A stretch of 20,000 nt of DNA from an uncultured virus (IMG/VR IMGVR_UViG_3300044724_001447) (lineage: Duplodnaviria > Heunggongvirae > Uroviricota > Caudoviricetes): the IMG/VR virus record IMGVR_UViG_3300044724_001447. One strand, 5' to 3'. Made by a program: the position numbers and the translations under genes. The notes beneath the pieces are model-generated. The model had not been told where the DNA came from and ran no database searches. It was given only the letters and a program-made list of their open reading frames with translations. Within the stretch, counting starts at the first letter, position 1; the number at the start of each line of letters is the position of its first letter. This document shows, one piece after another, positions 8,600 to 16,935 of this stretch.

Positions 8600-8654
8600 G
8601 TAGATGGTCCCTTGAGGTTCTTTACCTCCTTTCTCCCTCGGGGGACTCATCTGC
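8600..8654 (+). ncRNA. Structured RNA hairpin with anti-Shine-Dalgarno loop in the MCP 3' UTR
   Basis: 18-bp stem (8600-8617 with 8636-8654, one bulged U, three G-U pairs) closing the loop UUCUUUACCUCCUUUCUC; no U-tract follows. Confidence 0.6.
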
Positions 8655-8668
8655 GTTAGGATGCAACT

Positions 8669-9535
8669 ATGAAATTGTGGGAAAAAGTTAACAATATTAC
8701 TGGGAATAGCTCGAAAGCTAGATTTTTAATTGAGTATATCAATGCTGGTTCTAAGTTTATTATGTCATCATTGCCTGAAAAATGGTTATGGACTATAGCT
8801 ACTGAAACTGAAATAAGTGGATGGAATAGTTCTGGAACAAGTTTAATAGGTTCTGGTTCTGATGTAGCGTATGATAAAATACTAGGAGTCTATAGATATG
8901 AAGGTAGCAAACGTAGAATAGCTAAAGAAATATCAGATAAGTTTATACACTCAACTGATGAAGCTGGTAGTCTTTCATTGCCAACAAAAATGTTTCCAGT
9001 TTTTTATAAGTTAAATGGCAAGATATTTATTAAGCCAGACCCAGATTATAATGCATCTTCCTCACAACAATCTTACACACCAGTAGGGGGTAGCTCTACA
9101 AATGTAGCAGCTTCAGGCGGAGACAAAGGAGTGGTAATTTATTCAGCCCCCCCAATCATTGATGAAAATACCGAAAATTGGGTATTATCAGAATATGAAA
9201 ATGTTGCATTACATTATGCAGCTTCATTAGATATGTTAAGATTAGCTAGTGTATCTGATGCTGAAAAAATATTAGAAGGTGGATATGCCAGTGTAGATGC
9301 TACAAGCAAAACAAGTTTAAGTGCTATACATTGGTTAGAAGATGAAGACCCTGAAATGGCTAATGCAGTTATTCAAGTGTCTCAGGGAGATTTAAGTTTA
9401 GCTAATCAAAGATTACAGACAGCAATGGCATTTTATCAAAGAGCAGTTGCTGAATTACGTTCTATAACTGGAGCATTTGCAGTTCCTGAAGAACAACAAC
9501 AATCACAACGTAAAGAACAAGGAATGACAACATAA
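8669..9535 (+). CDS. Head-tail adaptor / ring-like virion protein
   Basis: First gene after the MCP; N-terminal helices (EYINAG), PVFY....KIFIKPDP strand region, and C-terminal helices (YENVALHYAA) as in podovirus adaptor proteins. Confidence 0.55.
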   Translation: MKLWEKVNNITGNSSKARFLIEYINAGSKFIMSSLPEKWLWTIATETEISGWNSSGTSLIGSGSDVAYDKILGVYRYEGSKRRIAKEISDKFIHSTDEAGSLSLPTKMFPVFYKLNGKIFIKPDPDYNASSSQQSYTPVGGSSTNVAASGGDKGVVIYSAPPIIDENTENWVLSEYENVALHYAASLDMLRLASVSDAEKILEGGYASVDATSKTSLSAIHWLEDEDPEMANAVIQVSQGDLSLANQRLQTAMAFYQRAVAELRSITGAFAVPEEQQQSQRKEQGMTT

Positions 9536-9813
9536 TGAAAGTTTTAGAAGTAATGGAACGAGCGAATACACGTGATACTAACCTAGTAATTGCGTATATT
9601 AAAGATGCAATATTAGAGATACAATCTAACAATGAGTTAGATACTGCGGTAGATAAACAAAATATTGTTGAAGATACAAGAGATTATTCATTACCAGCAG
9701 GTATGATTGCATTAAAAAGTGTTAGTATATTAGATACTGAAGATGATAATAAATACAAAGCAATTAGAAGATTGCAACACGACCCATTAGTTACTGAGGA
9801 TACAAATCCATGA
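9535..9813 (+). CDS. Adaptor-like protein, N-terminal half
   Basis: AYIKDAILEI...DYSLPAGMIALKSV resembles the N-terminal part of podovirus adaptor proteins; TAATG coupling. Confidence 0.5.
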   Translation: MKVLEVMERANTRDTNLVIAYIKDAILEIQSNNELDTAVDKQNIVEDTRDYSLPAGMIALKSVSILDTEDDNKYKAIRRLQHDPLVTEDTNP

Positions 9814-10265
9814 GCTACGATACAGATAGAACATACGCATACATATATAGTGGTAAAAAGATTAGATTATATAAGATAGTACGTAGTGCTGGTAGAATTA
9901 TTGATAATCAAGGTAGAGTAACTGGTGGATTATTAGATGATATTATATATCCAGATGAAAGTATTACAAATGGATTACGTATTGAGTTTACAAAGATAGT
10001 AGAACCTTTTGTTGTAGAGGACCCAGAAACTACCTCTTCGCTAACAGAAGATACTAGTCCAAGCGAATCATCGCATTTAAATTTAAATAGAGTATTATCA
10101 CTTGCTGTGGTATGTTACGTAAAAGCACAATTAGCTGAACGTATGGGTAATATGCAATTAAAAGAATACTATATGAGAGAATTTTATAAAAAAGTAGCAG
10201 ATAACGAAAGTAATAAAAATAAAGTATTTATGGCAAGTCCAATAAAAACTTTTGCAGTTAAATAA
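9810..10265 (+). CDS. Adaptor-like protein, C-terminal half
   Basis: IIYP...GLRIEFT...LAVVCYVKAQLAERMG....EYYMREF resembles the adaptor C-terminal part; has its own SD (GAGGA) and an ATGA overlap. Confidence 0.5.
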   Translation: MSYDTDRTYAYIYSGKKIRLYKIVRSAGRIIDNQGRVTGGLLDDIIYPDESITNGLRIEFTKIVEPFVVEDPETTSSLTEDTSPSESSHLNLNRVLSLAVVCYVKAQLAERMGNMQLKEYYMREFYKKVADNESNKNKVFMASPIKTFAVK

Positions 10266-10277
10266 TAGGAGAAGAAC

Positions 10278-10520
10278 ATGGCGAACCCAAAAGGCATAAA
10301 TGATTACTTGGTACAAGAAAGTGTTGCACCATATTGTAGTGCAGTTGTAGCAACAACAAGCGACCAAGATACATGTAGAGCAATATATGTTAAAGTTGCT
10401 GGTAATTATGATTTAACAGTAAATGGTATAGCAGTTACCTTTACAGGGTTGTTGGCTGGACATATATATCCAATCGCAGCTAGTAAATCAAGTTCAGCAA
10501 ATGTAATATTTTTATATTAG
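10278..10520 (+). CDS. Capsid spike-base-like protein (RcGTA Rcc01079-like)
   Basis: 80 aa; RAIYV..AG......NG..VTF.GL.AG.IYPI and a terminal VIFLY match my recollection of that family; AGGAG SD. Confidence 0.55.
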   Translation: MANPKGINDYLVQESVAPYCSAVVATTSDQDTCRAIYVKVAGNYDLTVNGIAVTFTGLLAGHIYPIAASKSSSANVIFLY

Positions 10521-10529
10521 GAGTTTATA

Positions 10530-10883
10530 GTGATTACGGCAAATCAATATCAAGATATACAAATAATGCAAGGTACTGACTTTGTAAATACTATAACATT
10601 TGAAGTACCACACGATACAGCTAATTATGACTATAAAGTATTTATAGGAGTAGATTATGCTTCTGCGCCAGTTAAAACATTAACAGTAGGTAGCGGTTTA
10701 ACTAAAACTAGTGATACTGTATTAACAATGGCTTTAACGGATGTAGAAACTGATTTATTAGCAGATAACTTTGAAGGTGTTTGGGAGTTAGTATCTAAAA
10801 AAACTAGTGATGGTAGTGGTACTTTAACAAGAGAATTACAAGGTGATGTTGTTGTATCTCCAAGAATAGGAGACCCATTCTAA
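10530..10883 (+). CDS. Small beta-sandwich virion protein (BppU-N-like fibre anchor)
   Basis: GTG start with AGGAG SD; DI.I.QGTDF...I.F...W.L....RELQG.V.VSP pattern; directly precedes the fibre genes. Confidence 0.5.
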   Translation: MITANQYQDIQIMQGTDFVNTITFEVPHDTANYDYKVFIGVDYASAPVKTLTVGSGLTKTSDTVLTMALTDVETDLLADNFEGVWELVSKKTSDGSGTLTRELQGDVVVSPRIGDPF

Positions 10884-11599
10884 TGGCTATAAGTGCAAAA
10901 GTATCATCACCAGTAGATGTTAAAGTTGCAGTAGGTAATACAAGTGCAACAAAATCTACAGGATTACAAAATATATCTAAAGTCAACCAAACTATTACGA
11001 TTGATGCAAGTGATATACCTATAACACCAGCATTAGATAATAGTAGTGCAACAAATGTAAGAGATGCATTAAATGATTTCACTAATACTCAAGGTTCGCA
11101 AACACTTACAAACAAAACAATTGACGCTGATAACAATACTATTTCTAATTTAGAAGTAGATAATTTAAAATCAGGTGTATTAGATACAGATTTAAGTTCG
11201 GTAGCTAGTACTGATACAACATTGCCTAGTGCTAAGGCAGTTAAAACTTATGTTGATGATGTTGAATCAAATATCAATGCATCAATAACAGCACAAGATT
11301 TAGATTTTCAAGCAGATACAGGGGGTGCATTAAATATAGATTTAGATAGCGAAACGCTTATTATTGCTGGTGGTACTGGTATAGATACTACTGGTTCAGG
11401 TAATCAAGTTAGTGTAGCAGTAGATAATACTATAGCAACAAAAACGTATGTAGATACTCAAGTTGCTGGTGTAAATACTCTTGAAGAATTAAGTGATACT
11501 AATATATCTAGCGTTTCTGACGACTCTTTACTACAATATGATAATGCAAGTGAAAAATGGATTAACGTAACTGAAATAAGTGGTGGAACATTTATTTAG
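10883..11599 (+). CDS. Fibre-like structural protein 1
   Basis: T/S/D-rich; QTLTNKTI, two KTYVD motifs, LIIAGGTGI.T, LEELSDT..LQYD; C-terminus ISGGTFI. Confidence 0.65.
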   Translation: MAISAKVSSPVDVKVAVGNTSATKSTGLQNISKVNQTITIDASDIPITPALDNSSATNVRDALNDFTNTQGSQTLTNKTIDADNNTISNLEVDNLKSGVLDTDLSSVASTDTTLPSAKAVKTYVDDVESNINASITAQDLDFQADTGGALNIDLDSETLIIAGGTGIDTTGSGNQVSVAVDNTIATKTYVDTQVAGVNTLEELSDTNISSVSDDSLLQYDNASEKWINVTEISGGTFI

Positions 11600-11615
11600 T
11601 TGATAGGAAAATAAA

Positions 11616-12944
11616 ATGGCAAATAAATTAAAAATAAATAGAACGGCTCCTGGTAGCTATTCCTCTACAGGAAATCCGTCTTCACTTGATTATGGTGAAT
11701 TAGCTTTTAATAATGGTGGAGAAAAAATATTTATAGGAAAACAAACAAGTGCAAGTAACAATCCTATAGCTGGTACACATACTGATGTATTTCATTTAAG
11801 TACATTAAAAGATTTAAGTGGTGGAACTGGTATTACTTATCAAGTATCAAGTGGATTAGGAGATAATTCTGGTACAGTTTCTGTTACACCTGCTCAAACA
11901 GGTATAACTAGTATTCATAATGCATCTTTAGAAATTGGTAATGCTGATAATGATAATATTATAGATTTTTCAACAGCAAATACTATTAGTTTTAAAATGA
12001 ATAATGCGTCTCAAAAAGCAATAGAAATTACTGACACTGCTGTAACAATTTCTAAAGGTACTTCTAACATAGATTTTGACGTACAAGACACTTCAGGAGT
12101 TTCTGCTTTTAAAGTAGACTCGGGAACTGGAGAAACTACAATAGCAAATACTTTAAATTTAGATGGAGACTTATTATTACCTACTGGAGATGTGTTGGCA
12201 GATGATATAGTAGCTAATAGTTATCATTATAGAAGTTATAATTCTGGAACTGATACATATTCTGCTGGACCAGAAGCGTTTAGTATAGGAGCATCAGGTG
12301 GAGTAACCTTTAATGCAGCACTATCGCTTGACAATAATTTAACCGTAACGACTTCAACTGGAGCTATATTACGTTTAGATAGTAGCGATACAGTTATAAC
12401 AGCAAATGACGTACTTGGTAGAATTAATTTTTCAGCACCAAGTGAAGCTAGTGGTACTGATGCAGTAGCATTGGGAGCTTCTATAGCAGCAGTAGCACAA
12501 TCAGTTTTTGATATTTCTACAAATAAAACTGATATTGTATTTTATACTGCAGAAAGTGGAGTAGCTGACGAGTCTATGAGAATTGGTTGGGATAAAAAAG
12601 TTACTATTAAAGGTGATTTACAAGTAGATGGTACTACTACAACAATAGATTCTACAGTAGTTACTATTGAAGACCCTATTTTTACTCTTGGTGGAGATGG
12701 AAGTGGTATTGACGATAGTAAAGATAGAGGTATTGAATTTAAATGGAATAATGGTACAAGCGCTAAAGTTGGATTTTTTGGATTTAATGAAGATAATCAA
12801 AAATTTACATATATTAGCGACGCAACAAACACTTCTGAAGTATTTAGCGGAACATTAGGTGATGTAGAGTTTGGTACATTAGTATTAAACAATTCTGCTG
12901 GTAATTTAGATGGTGCGCATATTGATGGCGGAACATTTAGTTAA
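11616..12944 (+). CDS. Fibre-like structural protein 2
   Basis: N-terminal MANKLKINR...LDYGELAFN...KIFIG (Mtd-N-like fibre anchor), TIKGDLQVDGTTTTIDST..IEDP motif, C-terminus IDGGTFS. Confidence 0.7.
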   Translation: MANKLKINRTAPGSYSSTGNPSSLDYGELAFNNGGEKIFIGKQTSASNNPIAGTHTDVFHLSTLKDLSGGTGITYQVSSGLGDNSGTVSVTPAQTGITSIHNASLEIGNADNDNIIDFSTANTISFKMNNASQKAIEITDTAVTISKGTSNIDFDVQDTSGVSAFKVDSGTGETTIANTLNLDGDLLLPTGDVLADDIVANSYHYRSYNSGTDTYSAGPEAFSIGASGGVTFNAALSLDNNLTVTTSTGAILRLDSSDTVITANDVLGRINFSAPSEASGTDAVALGASIAAVAQSVFDISTNKTDIVFYTAESGVADESMRIGWDKKVTIKGDLQVDGTTTTIDSTVVTIEDPIFTLGGDGSGIDDSKDRGIEFKWNNGTSAKVGFFGFNEDNQKFTYISDATNTSEVFSGTLGDVEFGTLVLNNSAGNLDGAHIDGGTFS

Positions 12945-12956
12945 GGAGTTATTTTA

Positions 12957-15900
12957 GTGGCTAATCGCATTAAAATCAGAAGAGGGTCTGGTACACCTAC
13001 TACAAATAATACAGAAGCATATGAGTTAGCATACGATTATAGTGCTGATATTCTATATATACACGATGGTGCTAGTAACACTATGGTTCCAGTTGGTACT
13101 GGTACAGTAGATACAAGCGGTACTCCAGTAGATAATGACTTTGCTAAGTTTACAGATGCTAATACTATAGAAGGTAGAAGTGCAGCAGAAGTAAAAAGTG
13201 ATTTAGGATTAGGAACTGGTGCTGAATTAAACACTGCCGCAGTATCAGATGGTGCTACAACTTTAGCCACTGGTAATGCTATTTATGACCACGTGACATC
13301 TAGAATTAGTGGTTTTGTGGATAAAAGCGGTACTCCAATAGCTAGTGAATATGCACGATTTACAGATAGCAATACTATACAAGGTATAAGTGCTGCTGGT
13401 GTAAGAACTGACTTAGGTCTTGTTGTTGGTACTAATGTTCAAGCACAAAATGATTACTTACAAGATATTGCAGATTTAAGTACAGATAATGCTGCTCAAG
13501 ATGGATATGTATTAGCTTATAATAATGCTTATCCAAGATTTGAATTAGTAGAACAAAGTGGTGGTATATCTTTTAATGGCTCTACTGCTAATGGATTATT
13601 GACTTATGGTAATAGCACCACAGCAGATGTAGAATCTGCTCTTACTTTTGATGGAAGTGCATTATCAGTTACTGGAACAGCAAATGTTACAAGCACACTT
13701 TCAACTGACTATGGTGTAAGATTTAATAATGGTAATACAGACTTTATGTTTTACAACAATACTGGTGATAATTTACTTTATTTAAGAGATTTAACTAATG
13801 CACAAATGTTGCAGACTTGGACTACAAGTTCAACTACTATACATAAAAATTTAAATGTAAGTGGAAATGTAAATGCTACTGGAGATATAAATGTATCTGA
13901 TGATGTTATAATAAATGTAAATGCTAATTATATATATTCAAGAGATGCAAGTGGAACACTTACAAGAATGTTCGGTATGAACTCTGGCAATACTACTTAT
14001 ATAGGACCGATAGATAGTTATGCAGGTGGTAGTGTTATTTATGGTATTAGCTCAAATGTTTTAGCTCACTATTTTTACACAGATGGAGCTATCAGAATGA
14101 AATTAGATGGTCCTGTTTTAGATATACCTAATACTGGAGATTGGAGTTATATTAAAAATGGCACCACTTCAGGTGGATTAAGATTTGGTACAAACGATTC
14201 AAGTGGTACTTATGCTAATCAAATAGAAATATCTAATACTGGTAATTATGTTAAGTTAAATGAAAATACTACAGTAACTGGAGATTTAACAACATCTGGC
14301 TCTGCAATATTTGCAGCAGCTCACTCTTACGATAAAATAAAATTATTTGGTAGTACTGGACATGAACAAATTGGTACTGAGGGTAGTACAATAGTATTAA
14401 CTGCTTCTAATTTTAAATTTAGAGATTACAGTAGTGGTGCTACAAGATTTTTTGTTAATTCTAGTGGTGCTATTACTACTGGTGTATGGCAAGGTACGGC
14501 TATAGCTAGTTCTTATATTGCTGATAATGCTATAAATGCAGCTAAGCTAAATGTATCGGGTAATGGAAGTGACGGACAATTATTAAAATCAGACGGAGAT
14601 GGAACATTTAGTTGGTTCTCATTAGTATCTAGTTCTAACGCTTCAACTTTAGACAATTTAGATTCAACTCAGTTTTTAAGAAGTGATACTGGAGATACGG
14701 CTGCTGGAAATATTACATTTACTGGTAAATTGTTAGGAAACTCTGCTACAACATCTATATTAAACGGAGCTAGTGTTACAAATGTAAATGACGGATTTAC
14801 TAACGATATAGGAACTGGAAAAGCAGAAGGACTACAACCGTTTAGATATAGTAATAACACTACAAATACTCCATTAGGTGGTGGTGGCTCAATGGCTAAT
14901 AATGCTAATTGGGGATTAAGTTTATATTCACACGGAACTGGTGGTAGTGGTAATTACGGATTACAGATGTCTGGTGGAGATAATGATAATCAATTATTTT
15001 TTATAAGAAGAGTAACTAATGGTAGTTTTGGTAATTGGTTTGAAATGTGGCATAGTGGTAATGACGGAAGTGGTAGTGGATTAGATGCTGATTTACTAGA
15101 TGGATTACAGGGAAGTTCATACTGGACTAAAAGTGGTAGTTGGGCAGGAGATTTAACAAGTAATGGTTGGTCAAGAGTTCAAGGTGTTAGTAATGGTGGT
15201 GGAGAATTTGTATTAGCATTGAAAAATGGACAATTAAGTACATTAATAGATGGTAGTTACTTTGCTTACGAAGCTGGTACTAATACAGGTGGAGGATTTT
15301 GGAGTAGTTCAAATAGTAGTTATGGAGCAGCTACTGGTATTATTGCAAGTGGTGGCACATTGTATGTTAAACAAGCAGACGGAGGTAATGCAAGTTTATT
15401 TGTTACAGGAGATGCAATAGTAAATTCAGGTTATATATCTGGACAAGGAAATGACTTACAACTAAGAAGAACTACTAATAGTGATGATAGAATTGTTATA
15501 GAAGCATCAGAAACAAAGATTTATGGAGATGCGGTAGAAAGAGTAAGATTTGGTAGCTACGGTATTAGAAATGGATATGATGGAACTAATTCAGCTCCAG
15601 CTTATAGTTTTAAAGATGATACAGATACTGGTATGCGTAGAAATGGTAGTGGTGTTATAGATTTTATAAACGATGGTATTCGTAGACTTAGAATAGAAGC
15701 AGACGGAGATTTAGTTTTAAGTAGTGATGGTAGCACTCAAGGTGCAAGTATTCATCGTATTGGTGGATTATACTTTACTTGGGATAGAGATAGTTACGGA
15801 ACTAACCAACAACATGCTATATTATGTAGTAGTGATGATTTAATTATAAATAGTTTTGATAATGTTACTATTAATCTTGATAGTAATGATAATGATACTG

Positions 15901-16688
15901 CTGAAGCGTTTCAAGTTAGAAGACACGGTATAGATTTAACGAGTGGAGAATTGTTATATTCTATTGACCAATCTGGTAATTCTTACACAATGGCTGCATC
16001 GCAAGTAGGAAATGGTTCTGTATCTGCTCCATCATTAAGTTTTTTTAATGATACAAATACTGGTTTTTATCGAAAAGCAGCAGACCAAATAGGTTTTGTT
16101 ACTGCTGGAGAACAACAAATGTATTTAGGAGATGGTTTATTACTTATAGAACAACCAGTAAGAATACAATTTGCTAATGACCAAAGGATATTTGATGATG
16201 GTGGTGGTGGATTAAAAGTAGGTGCAGAAGCTCACAAATTGCAGTTATTTGCAGGTTCTAGTACACAGGAAATAAGATTTTTATTTGGTGGTAGAAGTGG
16301 AACAGAAAAAATGAGATTTGAGGGTGATGGTGATGGACACTTTGATGGAGATGTGATTGCATTCTCTACTACACCATCAGATATAAGATTAAAAAAGAAT
16401 TTTACAAAGATAAAAAATGGATTAGAGGTAGTCAATAAATTAGAAGGACATACTTTTAATTGGAAAAAAGGTGGAGATAGATTAAGTGCAGGATTTAAAG
16501 CACAAGAAGTAGAAAAGATTTTACCACATTTGGTTGATGAGAAGAAACTACCATTAAAAGCAGATGATGATAAAGAATACAAGATTTTACGATATGAGGA
16601 AATGATACCTTATTTAGTAGAAGCAATAAAAGAACAACAAGTTCAAATAGATGAACTTAAAACACAAATAGGAGAGCAAAATGGCTAA
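12957..16688 (+). CDS. Long fibre with C-terminal peptidase S74 intramolecular chaperone
   Basis: GTG start with AAGGAG SD; MANRIKIRRG...ELAYD anchor; G/S/T/N-rich; C-terminal SDIRLKKN...FNWK...GFKAQEVE..LP...Y..MIPYLVEAIKEQQ. Confidence 0.88.
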   Translation: MANRIKIRRGSGTPTTNNTEAYELAYDYSADILYIHDGASNTMVPVGTGTVDTSGTPVDNDFAKFTDANTIEGRSAAEVKSDLGLGTGAELNTAAVSDGATTLATGNAIYDHVTSRISGFVDKSGTPIASEYARFTDSNTIQGISAAGVRTDLGLVVGTNVQAQNDYLQDIADLSTDNAAQDGYVLAYNNAYPRFELVEQSGGISFNGSTANGLLTYGNSTTADVESALTFDGSALSVTGTANVTSTLSTDYGVRFNNGNTDFMFYNNTGDNLLYLRDLTNAQMLQTWTTSSTTIHKNLNVSGNVNATGDINVSDDVIINVNANYIYSRDASGTLTRMFGMNSGNTTYIGPIDSYAGGSVIYGISSNVLAHYFYTDGAIRMKLDGPVLDIPNTGDWSYIKNGTTSGGLRFGTNDSSGTYANQIEISNTGNYVKLNENTTVTGDLTTSGSAIFAAAHSYDKIKLFGSTGHEQIGTEGSTIVLTASNFKFRDYSSGATRFFVNSSGAITTGVWQGTAIASSYIADNAINAAKLNVSGNGSDGQLLKSDGDGTFSWFSLVSSSNASTLDNLDSTQFLRSDTGDTAAGNITFTGKLLGNSATTSILNGASVTNVNDGFTNDIGTGKAEGLQPFRYSNNTTNTPLGGGGSMANNANWGLSLYSHGTGGSGNYGLQMSGGDNDNQLFFIRRVTNGSFGNWFEMWHSGNDGSGSGLDADLLDGLQGSSYWTKSGSWAGDLTSNGWSRVQGVSNGGGEFVLALKNGQLSTLIDGSYFAYEAGTNTGGGFWSSSNSSYGAATGIIASGGTLYVKQADGGNASLFVTGDAIVNSGYISGQGNDLQLRRTTNSDDRIVIEASETKIYGDAVERVRFGSYGIRNGYDGTNSAPAYSFKDDTDTGMRRNGSGVIDFINDGIRRLRIEADGDLVLSSDGSTQGASIHRIGGLYFTWDRDSYGTNQQHAILCSSDDLIINSFDNVTINLDSNDNDTAEAFQVRRHGIDLTSGELLYSIDQSGNSYTMAASQVGNGSVSAPSLSFFNDTNTGFYRKAADQIGFVTAGEQQMYLGDGLLLIEQPVRIQFANDQRIFDDGGGGLKVGAEAHKLQLFAGSSTQEIRFLFGGRSGTEKMRFEGDGDGHFDGDVIAFSTTPSDIRLKKNFTKIKNGLEVVNKLEGHTFNWKKGGDRLSAGFKAQEVEKILPHLVDEKKLPLKADDDKEYKILRYEEMIPYLVEAIKEQQVQIDELKTQIGEQNG
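13107..13421 (+). repeat. Diverged 35-aa internal duplication in the long fibre
   Basis: VDTSGTPVDNDFAKFTDANTIEGRSAAEVKSDLGL (13107-13211) versus VDKSGTPIASEYARFTDSNTIQGISAAGVRTDLGL (13317-13421). Confidence 0.85.
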
Positions 16689-16932
16689 AGTAATAAGTGC
16701 AGTAGAAGCTGCAGTAGAATCAGTTGAATCACTAAAAATGGTATCAATTAAACATACAAGAGTTATGAAAAATCCAAATGGTAACGATGTTACTGTTTTA
16801 GATTGGGAAGAAACTAAAGATGTTAATTCAGCTATTACAGACTGCGAAACAATGAAAGCTAATTTAGAAGCACAGCTTGTAGAGTGTGAAGCAGAATTAG
16901 CAGACTATATAGCGATAAGAGACGCTGAGTAA
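16681..16932 (+). CDS. Small acidic coiled-coil protein (possible fibre assembly factor)
   Basis: 83 aa; GGAG SD; overlaps the fibre stop; C-terminal heptad pattern. Confidence 0.6.
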   Translation: MAKVISAVEAAVESVESLKMVSIKHTRVMKNPNGNDVTVLDWEETKDVNSAITDCETMKANLEAQLVECEAELADYIAIRDAE

Positions 16933-16935
16933 TAA

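Noticed and set aside
8575..8600. Programmed frameshift or readthrough extending the MCP (T7 10B-like)
   Set aside because: No X XXY YYZ slippery heptamer, and tandem TAA TAG stops.
8624..8634. rRNA gene fragment
   Set aside because: Only 11 nt match the 16S tail; flanking sequence shows no rRNA similarity.
8600..8654. Hairpin as an ordinary intrinsic terminator, or as an RBS for an antisense gene
   Set aside because: No U-tract and an unusually large loop. On the minus strand AGAAAGGAGGT has no start codon at usable spacing, and the G-U pairs become A-C mismatches. A secondary role in termination or RNA stability is not excluded.
1897..16582. Minus-strand ORFs and short alternative-frame ORFs (1938..2252, 12667..12858) in the ORF track
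   Set aside because: All overlap well-supported + strand genes, lack recognisable motifs, and look like shadow frames.
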